Source: Chiloscyllium plagiosum
Taxonomy: Eukaryota
Length of the DNA stretch: 64,000 nt
NCBI RefSeq assembly: GCF_004010195.1
Contig: NC_057757.1
Location: 5,754,532 to 5,818,531, forward strand
Reading direction: 5' to 3'
The position numbers were made by a program, and so were the translations under genes. The notes below the pieces were generated by a model, which was not told where the DNA came from, searched no databases, and worked only from the letters and a program-made list of their open reading frames with translations. Below, piece after piece: positions 22,390 to 34,500 of the stretch (the first letter of the stretch is position 1; every line of letters begins with the position of its first letter).

Positions 22390-22930
22390 TTTCTCTCTCC
22401 CCTCTCTCACACTCTGTGTGTCTCTCTGCCTGTATCTCTCCATTTGTCTCCCTCTGTGTCTTTGTTCGTCTCTGCCTCTCTATCTCTCTTTGTCCCTCTG
22501 TGTGTGTCTCCCCTCTATTAATCAGAAACACACAGCTTCAGATGGTGAGAGCGAGGGTGTGAAGTATGAAAGGAAATCATCCAGTCACTCCAGATTTCCA
22601 GAGAGATCAAACAGAAAGGGGGGGGGAGGTGGAGTGAGCGAGAGAGAGAGAGAGAGTGTGTTTTTGTGCATGTATGTATGAGGAAATAAAAGAGTTGACA
22701 GAGATAGAGAACAAGAGAGAAACTGAAAGAGAAAATAAGAGAATGAAGGAGAGAAACTGAGGGGTACAGGGTCAGAAACAGGTACAAAGAAAGAACGAGT
22801 GAAGGAAGGAGAGACAGAGAAAGCAAGAGGCAGGATGAGAGTGACAGAGTGCTGTGGGAGGAGAGAGCGGGGGAGAAAGAGGGAGGATGAGAGAGGGAGA
22901 GACAGTGTGACAGAGAGAGAGAGAGAACGT
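22390..22930. repeat. CT-rich then GA-rich low-complexity tracts
   Basis: Degenerate (CT)n at 22390-22515 and (GA)n at 22630-22930. Confidence 0.75.
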
Positions 22931-23229
22931 GCAGAAATACCCTCCTGCAGGCTTGTGAGGCACCCACTCCCTTCACCAGTAAAGGCTCAGTAACAGCTGT
23001 GAATACTAGCTACAAGATGCGCTGCAGAAATTCACCCCAGATCATTAGGCAGTCCCTTCCAAACCCACAGCCACCTCCTGTCCAAAAGGACAAGGGCAGC
23101 AGATACAGGGGAACACCACAACCTGCAAGACCCCCCTCCAAGCCACTCACCATCCTGACTTGTAAATATATCTCAGTCCCTTCACTGTTGCTAGGTCAAA
23201 TTCCTGGAACCCCCTCCCTCCCCCTCTTG

Positions 23230-23555
23230 GGGCGGCATGGTGGCTCAGTGGTTAGCACTGCTGCCTCACAGCACCAGGGACCTGGGTTCGATTCCACCCT
23301 CAGTCTGTGTGGAGTTTGCACATTCTCCCTGTGTCTGCGTGGGATTCCTCCGGATGCTCTGGTTTCCTCCCACAGTCCAAAGATGTGCAGGTCAGGGTGA
23401 ATTGGCCGTGTTAAATTGCCCATAGTGCTCAGGTTAGGTGCATCAGTCAGGGGTAAATATAGGACAGTACGGGTCTGGATGGGTTACTCTTCTGAGGGTC
23501 GCTGTGCATCTGTTGGGCCGAAGGGCCAGTTCCCACTCTGTCGGGATTGTATGAT
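23230..23555 (+). mobile_element. V-SINE (HE1-like), full length
   Basis: gggcggcatggtggctcagtggttagc head, V-domain, tail gattgtatgatt. Confidence 0.9.
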
Positions 23556-23730
23556 TCTAAGAGCACCGTGGGTCAACCTACAGCACATAGACGTCAAGGG
23601 TTCGAGAAGGCAGCTCACCACCACCTCCTCCAGGGCAACCAGGGATTGGCAATTAATGCTGGCCCCAGCCAGCGATGCCCACACCCCACGAGTGAAGTGA
23701 AGAAAAGGCAGTTACAGTGTGTATGGGTAC

Positions 23731-23741
23731 CTGTCTGACCC
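23731..23741 (-). CDS. CHRNB1: 3' stub of the CHRNB1 M2/M3 exon, (W)VRQ, truncated by an assembly gap
   Basis: Minus strand reads GG GTC AGA CAG|gtaccc directly beside the N-run. WVRQ|IFI is the expected beta1 junction and the phase (0) fits the next exon. Only 11 nt are visible. Confidence 0.8.
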
Positions 23742-24241
23742 NNNNNNNNNNNNNNNNNNNNNNNNNNNNNNNNNNNNNNNNNNNNNNNNNNNNNNNNNNN
23801 NNNNNNNNNNNNNNNNNNNNNNNNNNNNNNNNNNNNNNNNNNNNNNNNNNNNNNNNNNNNNNNNNNNNNNNNNNNNNNNNNNNNNNNNNNNNNNNNNNNN
23901 NNNNNNNNNNNNNNNNNNNNNNNNNNNNNNNNNNNNNNNNNNNNNNNNNNNNNNNNNNNNNNNNNNNNNNNNNNNNNNNNNNNNNNNNNNNNNNNNNNNN
24001 NNNNNNNNNNNNNNNNNNNNNNNNNNNNNNNNNNNNNNNNNNNNNNNNNNNNNNNNNNNNNNNNNNNNNNNNNNNNNNNNNNNNNNNNNNNNNNNNNNNN
24101 NNNNNNNNNNNNNNNNNNNNNNNNNNNNNNNNNNNNNNNNNNNNNNNNNNNNNNNNNNNNNNNNNNNNNNNNNNNNNNNNNNNNNNNNNNNNNNNNNNNN
24201 NNNNNNNNNNNNNNNNNNNNNNNNNNNNNNNNNNNNNNNNN
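23742..24241. other. 500-N scaffold gap, probably an arbitrary size
   Basis: Exactly 500 N, as is 48242-48741. Other gaps have irregular sizes: 6737-7003, 25480-25497, 45537-46055, 52076-53008, 56390-57187. Confidence 0.9.
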
Positions 24242-25044
24242 TGGTGGGACATCTTCCAGTGTTTTGCTCAAGTAGCTGTTATCGCCTCGCTCAGTCTCAA
24301 CATGGAGTGCTGCTGGGGCCAAGGAAGGTGTGGTTTGTTACTTTTATGTCAACTAACTGAGCTGATGGAATTGAGCCTGGGATCTTGTGGTCTGTATGGC
24401 TTGTGATTCTGCCAGGTGGTGGAGCAGGAGGAGGCTGTTCAGCTCTTCAAACCTACGCACCCTTTCAGTGAGATAAGGGCTGGCCTATACTTCACCAATT
24501 TCCTGCATTGTCCCCATATCCCCTGATGTTATTGTGTGGCACAGGTCAATTTCTGTTGATGCAGCAAGTGTCTGTCACTTGGAGGCAGCACACTATTGTT
24601 CCCATTGGAAATCAGCTGTCATGGGATGTGGATGTTGCTAATTGCTCTTGAATTGGGTGGCTTGCTGGGGCATTTCAGAGGGCAGTTAAGAGTCTGGAGT
24701 CACACGTTGGCCAGACTGGGCATTAGTGAACCAGATGGGTTTTTACAACAATAGGTATCTGTTGTTATTACTGAGAGACTGGCTTAATATTGTTCGAGGA
24801 TTCTTAATTGAGTTTTAATTCCACTGCTGCTGTGGTTGGATTTGAACCCATGTCCCCAAAGTGTGTCTGAATTGCTAGTACCTTGACATTACCACAATGT
24901 CACTGCCTCCCCCTACGATTTGTGGGTTTTTATTTACCCGAGTATATTTCACTACTGAAGGGTTTTCCGTGGTCCCTCGGTGTGCCATAAGAGCCTTGGG
25001 CTGACGGGTTGTGGCATATACTCCAAGCTTTAGTGGGTCATTCA

Positions 25045-25805
25045 ACGTTGCCGGAAGACTGGAGCTTGACTAACGTGGTGCCACTGTTTAAGGGTTGTAA
25101 GTACAAAGCAGAGAACTATAGACGGGTGAGCCCGTTGTCGGTGGAGGGCATGTTGTTGGAGGGAATCCTGAGGGACAGGATGTACATGTCTTTGGAAAGG
25201 CAAGGACTTATTAGGGATAGTCAACATATGGCTTTGTGCGTGGGAAATCGTGTCTCACAAACTTGATTGAGCTTTTTGAGGAAGTAACAAAGAGGATTGA
25301 GGGCAGAGCGGTAGTTGTGATATAGACTTCAGTAAGGTTTTTGACCAGGTTCCCCATGGGAGATTGATTAGCAAGGTTAGATCTCACGGAATACAGGGAG
25401 AACTAGCTCAAAGTTAGACAGAGGGTGATGGTGGAGGGTTGTTTTTCAGACTGGAGGCCTGTGACCAGTGGAGTGCCACNNNNNNNNNNNNNNNNNNACA
25501 CTTAATGGTAAGGTCCTAGGGAGTGTTGCTGAACAAAGAGAGCTTGGACTGGAGCAACGTATGAGGTTCAGAAGCCTTCACTCATAGCTCCTTGAAAGTG
25601 GACTCGCAGGTAGATAGGATAGTGAAGAAGGTGTTTAGTATGCTTTAGTGTTGGAGGCTAGTACAATTGGAACAGATATCTGGGTGGGTATATGAATAGG
25701 AAGGTTATGGGCCCGTGGCAGGTGGGGCTAGATTTAGGTTGAGATATTGGTAAGTATGGACGAGTTGGACTGAAGGATCTGTTTCTGTGCTTACATCTCT
25801 GACTC
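25045..25805 (+). mobile_element. CR1 LINE reverse transcriptase fragments
   Basis: PEDWSLTNVVPLFKG..NYRRVS, LIRDSQH and gacttcagtaaggtttttgac (DFSKxFD), followed by CR1 3'UTR. Confidence 0.88.
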
Positions 25806-28329
25806 TGTGTGACCCTGGACCTTGGAACGTGCAGGCTGTCATTGACAACTCTGTCCTGGCAAATCCAGGAATGATTGGTCAGACCAGAGCCTGGTTCACT
25901 CGGTCTACAGCAGTCGATATTTATCTTGGTGTGTGTTTGTGCGTGTTTTACTTTGTGCGTCCTCTGGCTCAAACCCTTTTAGCTATTGGAAGGATGTTTT
26001 AAATTTTACCTAATGGCTGACTGGATCATGTTTTAACCTCTTGCATTGTGTTCCTAGGTTTGGTAATTGATGTGGCAACACAGTTGTGACATTTGGCTAC
26101 ATCGGTCAGTTAGGCATTTATTCTGTGTGTCGACAGTAGTCCCATTCCCATGTAAACACCCTGTGCTCCAGTTTCCTTTTTTATATGTCCCTTCATCAAT
26201 CACCCATCCAATCTTTTCAGTACTTAAGTGACCTTGCCAAGTTAGTGTCTGCAGAGCTGACAAGGTGAAAGTGTTCCTGTTGGTGGAAAAATCGATAGCA
26301 AGAAGGTAATTGGCAAAGGACGCAACGGGGAAACTTTTTTTAACGTGCAGTGAGTAGTTAGGATCTGGAAAGCATTGCCCAACACTATGGTGGAGGCCAG
26401 CTCAATTGAGGCTTTCAAGAGGGAATTGTCTGCATGAGTTTCCTCTGGTTTCCTTCCACAGTCCAGCGGTGTGCAGGTTGGCTGTTGCTGAACTGCTCAT
26501 TGTGTCCAGAGCTTGGAGAATGTGGGGATAGGGTGGCTCTGGATGGAATGCTTTTTGGAGGGGTGGTGTCAACTTGATGGGTCAAATGGCCTGCTTCAAC
26601 AGTGTTGGGATTCTGTGATTCGATGGGCATTGTTCCTTGAGTGAGCCAGTGTGGTCAATGGCTGCCTCATGTGCCTGGAGCCATCCTGTGACTGCAATTA
26701 CTGGCCTCAGCTGTTGATTCTGCTCATGTAATCCACTGGCTTTCAATCCTCTCTTTCCACACCCCCCACTGCCCCACCCTGTATGTCCTCTCACTTATAG
26801 TTAGTCTCGTCTGCTTTCATTTGGTATCCTCTTGCATCCTGTGGGAAGGAAATACATTGAGATGCATTTGGCTCCCTCCAACCTGGGGGCTGTGACTGCA
26901 GGGTGATGGCTGGCTGTGCTGGAGATGCCCCGAGTCAAGACATGGCTACTTGCAGAGCCATCGCATGAATTGTGGATGTTGTACTGGGAAGTGATTTGCA
27001 CAGCACTCCAGCTTGCATTTGGACTGTTGGCAATGGCTCCGGAACTTTCCCCAAATCTGATTGCTTGAAGTGCTCGCAACAGTGGTTTCATTGACCAGAA
27101 AACAACATCGCTGGGAGGCTAAGGATTATGACACCACGTCATAAGCTGAAACCACGTCATTCCAACTCTGTCTCGAGGGAAGGAGCCTGAATTTGTGGTC
27201 TCTGCCTTTTTGTGGGATTATTCTCTTGCCTTCATGGCGTGAATAACCATTGAGTTTACCACACTTGCGGTTATGCTCCTGCACATGTACAGAGAGGCTG
27301 TTTTGGGCTATTTTGCCCTTGTAGCATGCGCTTTTTTTAAAAAAAAAATTCTTTGATAGACTGTTCTCTGTCTGATGGCACCCTCAGGCAAGGTATGAGG
27401 TTCAGAAGCCTTTGTGGTGACCTCAGCTAGTATAGGAATTAAACCCATGCTGCTGTTCTCACTCTGATCACAAATCATCTGTCCTGCCAACTGAGCTAAT
27501 TGTCTGCCAAGGCCAGTTTTTTTGCTGCCCACTCCAATTGCCCCTGAACTGAATGACACACTTGGCCTTTTCAGAGGGTAGTTAGAAGTCAGCCATGTTT
27601 GCTGTGGGATCTGGAGTCACGTAGGCCAGATCAGGTAAGGGCTGTTACACTGAAACTTAGCAAATACTTACAGAGCTCAACAGGGTAATCGCAAGAACGA
27701 CGTTTGCCCCAGTTGCTGAGTCTCGAACCAGGGGACAGAGTCACAGAATAAGAGGCAGGCCGTTGAAGACTGAAGTGAGGACTTTGTTCAAAGGTGGGGA
27801 ATTTTTGGAATTCTGTACCCCAGAACACTTTTTGGTCACTCAACCATTATTAATTTCTGTTTTGAGCATAATCAGACTTCCAGAGATGAATCAAAGGTTG
27901 CAGGACAGCAGCATTGAGAAAGAGGTGATTGGCGCAATCATCTTTGATTGGTCGGGGAAGTTTCGATGGGCTGAATGATGTACTTCTGTACATGGCTTGA
28001 TAGATTGCCTTCGCAGCAGTGAAGCAGAGGACCATGTGATGTCTGAGCAGAGTTTGGCCATTCAGCTCATCAAGTTTGCTCTGCCATTTGAGTGTGGCTT
28101 CTCAACCTCATTCTCTTGTCTTCTCTCTGTAACCTTTTGAACCCTTTATCAATCCAGAACCTCATTCTGTTTTAAATACATTCGATGATTTGGCCTCCAC
28201 TGCCCTCTGTGGCAACGTGTTCCACAGATTTACCCCCCCCCCCCGCCGTCTGAAGAAATTCCTCCTCCTCTCCATTCGAAAGGCTCATCCCTTTATTCTG
28301 AGGATGTGTCCTCCAGTCCTAGTTTTGGT

Positions 28330-28832
28330 AGAGTCATCGAGATGTACAGCGCGGAAACAGGCCCTTCGGTCCAACCCGTCCATGCTGATCAGATATCCCA
28401 ACCCAATCTAGTCCCACCTGCCAGCACCCGGCCCATATCCCTCCAAACCCTTCCTATTCATATACCCATCCAGATGCCTTTTAAATATTGCAATTGTACC
28501 CGTCTCCACTGTGTCGTCTGGCAGCTCATCCCATACACGTACCGCCCTCTGTGTGAAAAAGTTGCCCCTTAAGTCCCTTTTATATCTTTCCCCTCTCACC
28601 CTAAACCTATGCACTCTAGTTCTGAACTCCCCGATCCCAGGGAAAAGGCTTTGCCTATTTATCCCCTCCATCCCCCTCATAATTTTGTAAACCTCTATAA
28701 GGTCACCCCTCGGCCTCTGACGCTCCAGGGAAAACAGCCCCAGCCTGTTCAGCCTCTCCCTATAACTCAGATCCTCCAACCCTGGCAACATCCTTGTAAA
28801 TCTTTTCTGAACCCTTTCAAGTTTCACAACAT
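28330..28832 (-). mobile_element. CR1 LINE 3' end
   Basis: ORF 28408-28827: LERVQKRFTRMLPGL...RGNFFTQRAVRVW. Confidence 0.92.
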
Positions 28833-29386
28833 AGAGAACATCTATGTCCAGTCTACCCAGGCTCCCCTGAGTATTCGCTAAGTTAGAGTGAGATTTCTCC
28901 CCCTGTACTCCACCGATTTACAGTTCTCCATGATTCCTCATGACAGGACCTTCATCCTCAGGATCATTCTTGTAAACCTCCTCGTGCAATGCTCTTTTAT
29001 ATTACTGGCTAGCTTACCCTTTCATCTCTTCTTCTACCCCACTCAAAAAGACTTGATTTTGGAGTTACCCTCTGGTTTTTAAAGGTTTCCCAATCCTCTG
29101 GCTTTTCACGAATCTTCACCACATTGGATGCTTTTCTTTTGGCTTTTATGCTGTCCCTGACCTCCCTTGTCAGCCATGGTTCCCTCGTCCTTCCCTGAGT
29201 ATGTTTCTTCTCTCTTGGGAGAGCATATGTTTTGGATTACTGGTGCAGTATTATTACCATTTTTCCACTGCCTCTCTCTCGTTATTTTTGGAGCCACCAA
29301 TCTGTTATGGAATGTCCCAAACAAATGCAAAATTTTCTTTCTAAGGAGATGAGAATGTTTGTGTTTCTTACCAAAAAACAAATAAT

Positions 29387-29605
29387 GGAGTGGGTGGTAC
29401 GTGTATGGAATGAGCTGCCAGAGGAAGTGGTGGAGGCTGGTACAGTTGCAACATTTAAAAGGTATCTGGATGGGTATATGAATAGGAAGGGTTTGGAGGG
29501 ATATGGGCTGGGTACTGGCAAATGGGACTAGATTGGGTTGGGATATCTAGTCAGCATGGACGGGTTGGACCGAAGGGTCTGTTTCCGCGCTGTACATCTC
29601 TATGA
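29387..29605 (+). mobile_element. Short CR1 3' end
   Basis: VVRVWNELPEEVVEAGT..FKRYLDGYM plus 3'UTR tail ctctatgact. Confidence 0.88.
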
Positions 29606-29699
29606 CTCGAACAGCAAAAGGTTAAAGCCTTGCAGCGCCTGATGAAAAAAAGAATGCAGTCCTATGACTAATCTTGTGATGTATAAACTCACACTGGCA

Positions 29700-30400
29700 C
29701 CAGCTCTCGAGGAGATGGTACAGAGAAACCTTTTAGAATTGCTGCAGACTGTGTGCTGATGGCTGCTGGCATTTAAGGAGGGAATGCCAGGATTTTTACC
29801 CAGCAGCAGTGAAGGAACAATGGTATGGTTCCAAGTTTGGATCGTGTGGGGCTTGGAGCGGAACTTGCAAATGGCAGTGTTCACATGTATGTGCTGTCCT
29901 TGTCCTCCCAGGTGGTAGAGGTTATGGGTTTGGAAGGTGCTGTTGAAGGATCCTTGGTCGGATGGTTGTGGATGACAGACACTGCTGTTGTGCATCAGTG
30001 GTAGAGGGAGGGAGGGAGGGAGTGAAAGTATTCCAATCAAGCAGGACGCTTTTTCCTGCATGATGCTAAGCTGCTTGAGTGTTGTTGGAGCTGCACCCAC
30101 CCAGGCAAGTAAAGAGTGTTCCTGACCTCTCTTGTAGACAGGCAATGGAGAGTCAGTAGATGGGTTACACACTGTTGAATTTCTCATCTCTGATCTGATC
30201 TTGTACACTATATGACTAGTCTGGTTCAATTTCTGATGAATGGTAATGCCCAGGGTGTTGGTGAGAAATCCAGTCATTAGTATGCCACTGTGTGTCGAGG
30301 GAGGCTGTTTGATGTGACCTTGTGTTGGACGTGGTCATTGCCTGGTCTTTGTGTATGTTACTTGCCACTTAGCGGTGTCCTTCATGTCTTGCTGCATGGA
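29700..30400 (-). mobile_element. Old LINE 3' remnant (CR1/L2-like, different family)
   Basis: Degenerate SLLAWVGAAPTTLKQL..QEKA. Homologous segments near 1280-1520, 14700-15100, 23000-23220 and 50500-50930. Confidence 0.6.
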
Positions 30401-31333
30401 CTGTCACGATTTGGTGGAACTGATGTACATGTCCGAGGATTGGAACTGAAAAGGAGCCCTGGTGAGTAGCTGCAATCCATCATACGGATGGGACTTTGCT
30501 ACAGATAGTTACAGGTTACGTCTACACTGAGGGACTGGGTATTGGTCAGTTACTGGAGATTCGGCAGAAGATGATGGATCTAAGTAACTGGTGAGGCTAA
30601 AACCCCTCACCAGAACCCATTGTAGAAAGAGAATCCCAAGTTTGGTTTCTGGTCTGTGTTTTATGCATGCGGCCTTGTACCATTGAGCTAAGGGAAACGA
30701 TTAATGAGTTAAAGTACTTGATCTCTTGCGTGAACTTGCTGGGCTTAATGGCCTCCTTCAGTATCCTTTCTGTTGACCACCATTGCCTTCTGTCTGAGCC
30801 CATCTTTTGGGTCTGATGTTGATGAACGTGCTCCTCCAGTGGGTGAAATTAGAGAAGGAAGGGAGCTGAAATATGTTTCTGTGCATCTGTGTCAGCGGAA
30901 GGAATTTCTCAGCTCAGCCCTTCCCTCCCTCGCTGCTCGATCTCGATCCTGGATCGGGCAATGGTGTGAATGGTCACCATGTACGTTGTATAATTGCTTC
31001 GTAATTCGACCTTGTTGTGGTTGTACCTACACCTGCAGTGGATCAAGAGGATAGCTCACCACTGCCCTTCTCTAAGACCATTTCAGCTGCGCAGTAAATG
31101 TTGGCTTTCCCAACTGTTCATACTCGGTGTAAGAATAAGCAGAGCTTTAACTTGGGCTGCAGATGATTGTGTGCTGACCGAGGTTCGGTACCAAGTGGTT
31201 TGGAGGTTTTGATTGATCAAACTTGCGGAAGAAACCCCCGCCACTCTTCGAGTATTGCCTAATTTAAATCCTGAAAGGATTGGCTCAAGTTGTTTAGACG
31301 CTACCCTGGTACGAGACTCTTTTTCTCACCCAG

Positions 31334-31548
31334 GCGAAAGTGAGGACTGCAGATGCTGGAGGTCAGAGTCGAGAATGTGGTGCTGGAAAAGCGCAGCAGG
31401 TCAGGCAGCATCCGAGGAGCAGGAGAATCAATGTTTTGGGCAAAAGCCCTTAATCAGGAAGGGCTTTTGCCCAAAACGTCAATTTTCCTGTTCCTCGGAT
31501 GCTGCCTGACCTGCTGTGCTTTTCCAGCACCATGCTAATCTTGACTCT
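31334..31548. mobile_element. Fold-back Penelope-like insertion (family A)
   Basis: Inverted arms centred near 31453 (ttttgggcaaaagccctt-aatcagg-aagggcttttgcccaaaa). Same family as 4150. Confidence 0.82.
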
Positions 31549-34500
31549 CTTTCTCATCCCCTGATCATCAAGTTCTATTTAGCATATTCATTCCCTTTAG
31601 TATTATGAAGGCTTCAATCAAATCACCTCCTCATTCATGCAAACTCTTCTCAGTTTAACCTTTTTGGAATTTGGGGTCATTCTGGTGAATCGACACTGCT
31701 GTCATCCAAGGCTAATCTAGTCTTCCTAAGATGGGTGAATGGTCTCTACAGCAATGAGGGGAAGAAAGGCCCCAATAAATATGAGAAGGCTTAGATAACG
31801 GTCTGAAATGCTGCTGTCAGTTTAATTAAATGACGTTATTAGTAGATTCAAAGTTTAATCCTTTTTCCCTTCTCCAAACCATCCCACAAGAAATCGAGGT
31901 GAGGTAAGCCATTTGACCCCTCTTCTCAGCCCTGCCAGTCAATAAAATAAAGTTTGATCTGATGGTTTAACTCCACTGCCCTACCTATCCCCAATCACCC
32001 TTGTCTCCTTTGTTGATGACAAAATCCATCGACTTGGCGCTGATTGTGTTCTAACGAGGTAGCCCAGACTAGAAGGAAAGGAGGTGTTACCCACTGCTAA
32101 GGCAGTGGTCTTTGTGCCTGGCCTTGCTGAGAGGCTTAACTCTAATTACAGATACGAGAAGCCAGCACTCTCCAAGTCAAAAGCCACCAACCTCTCTGGG
32201 CCTCTGTGCAGCCCTGATTAGCACTGTCAGCCTGCATGTAGGAAACCATGAGGATTGAGACTAATTGGTCACCACAGGCTTCTAATTGCTGCATTCCCAG
32301 TGGCTGGGTGGCGCATTGAATCCTCGAGTGGTTGAGTTGGCACTCGGCCAGAACCCAATTTGGTTTTAATGGAGCCATTAATTTGAGAATTGAGATTAGC
32401 AAGCAGGTGAGTTTGTACTTGCTGGAGAGATATTTTGAGTCTCTTACCCATGGGAGGTTTGTCACTTCATTGCAAAAATTTGCAAGACGCATGGTGGTTT
32501 GTGGGTTCTGGGAGGGGACTTGGGGTTGGGAGAATTTAAGTGTTACAAGTTGCAGTCGGAGGTGTTTGTCAAACTTCAGTGTTTAAACCTGACCAGGCAA
32601 ATTTTGTGATCAGGCCCGTGAACAGCTTGGACCTTTTCAATTCTCCATATTTTTCTTCTGAATTTTGCAATATTCAGGCGACTTGTCACTAATGGCCACG
32701 CCTGGATCCAGCATTTCCTCTGATCTCTCTCTCTCTCTCTCTCTCGTGTTTGCTGTCACGCACACATGCAAAGCTGACTTCAAGAGGTATTGTTTCTGAT
32801 TTACTTTCAAAAGCCCTATTGTGTCATCTTGACGACTTCAGTATCCAGGGAGGTTCTTCAGATACTCTCCGTGGGTTGGAGATGCCATGGTCACCAGAGA
32901 GCGATATCTGCTGTTGGATTCGGTATGACTGTCTGTTGTATTGACTTCCACATTGCATCTTTTTCTCAGAGATCTGTAACTGCACATGCTCCTTCCTGTC
33001 TGAAGGTACTGTCACTTTTTTGAAGGCCGAGATTCTGCACTCCTCTGAATTCATTCCTGAACAGGGCCTTAAAACTACAGCACTGCTGCCTTCACTCCTT
33101 CAACCCTTCCTTTATGACAGTTTGTCGGCTAAAACCTGTTTTAACCGTTGCCTGAGCAGAACTTGGCTTATGTTTCTGGTTACTTGGCTTTTGAGCCGCA
33201 ATGATTCTCCGACCCTCGTGTCTGCTTTTTTGGCCCCTTCACCCTGGCTGTTGTTATGAGAGACAGGCTGCGGTTCAGGTCCTGGTATACCAGTCACCCA
33301 CAGGAGCAAGCTGTTCAGCCTGCCTATTCCCTGCTGGTATTTGCCCAACACATTGGGTTCCCCTCTCATCCTGTTGTTATTATCCTGTGAATGTGTCTTT
33401 CTCTGGCAATCTTACCCAGCTTGCTTTTCAATATATCTACCCTGTTTGTGCCACCTGTGGCCGTGAGTTTGTATTCTCCCACCTAAGGTTTACAAAAAAC
33501 TTAACGCCTGAGATCCTTATTAGAAACTGAAAATCTAATCCTGATCTTTGTTTTGTGGTGAATGATTTGTTACAGTGGTGCATTCCATATTTACCGGTCT
33601 ACCTGGAATGGGGTTTGAAATGGGAACATTTTCCCAAAGGTTACTGTAACTGAACTGCAGAGTCCATTGGGATTCTGTCGAGTGAAAGCCAATTGTGTGC
33701 TGTTGTTGTGATGTTGAATCTGTCCTATCTTTTTTTAGGTGTGGGTAACCCACACCATGTCCCCAGCCTTCTGCAATCTTTGTCATGAACCTCAAATATC
33801 ACACCGCAGAAGGAGGCCCATTATTTCTGTGCCAGGCTCTCTCAGTATTTTAATTTAATGCCCATCTCCTAGCTTCTCCCTGTAACCCTTGTACGTTTTG
33901 TTTTCTATGTAGATACTCGCCCAATGTCCCCTTGAATATCGCAGTTGAACCTCCATCCACTTATACTTGCAGGTAGTGCACTTTAGACCCTAACTACTCT
34001 ATGATTTTTCTTTTCTTTTGCCAGTCACTTTTTACAATCAATTCTCAGTCCATTAACAAGTGGGAAACGTTTCTCCCTATCCACTCCGTCCAGACTCCTC
34101 ATGATATTGAAAACGTCTGTCAAATCTCCTTTGGACATTCTCCTCTGTAAGGAAAACCAGTCCCAACATCTCCAATCTCTAATCTTCCATCATAAAAGAA
34201 GTATCTCATCCCTGGAAACGCTCCAGTAAATCTCGTTTGCAGACTCCAATGCATTTGCATCTTTCTGACTGTGTGGTGCCCAAAACTGTGCACAGGTACT
34301 CCAGCTGAGGTCTAACCAGCCTCCCATTTCATCATGACCTTCATGCTCTTGTAGTCCATGTCTCTATTGATGAAGGCTGGAATATTGTATGTGTTATAGA
34401 AAGCGCTTTGTACCTGCCCTGCCAACTTTTTAATGACTTGTATACGCCGAGATCTCTCTACTCCTGCATGCTGTTTACAGCAGTACCCTTTATAGTTTAC

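Noticed and set aside
16668..23741. CHRNB1 as a truncated pseudogene
   Set aside because: Exons, phases and splice sites are intact, and the truncation coincides exactly with an assembly gap.
29600..30277. 225-aa minus-strand ORF
   Set aside because: Lies over a degenerate LINE 3' remnant repeated elsewhere in the window; no coherent protein.
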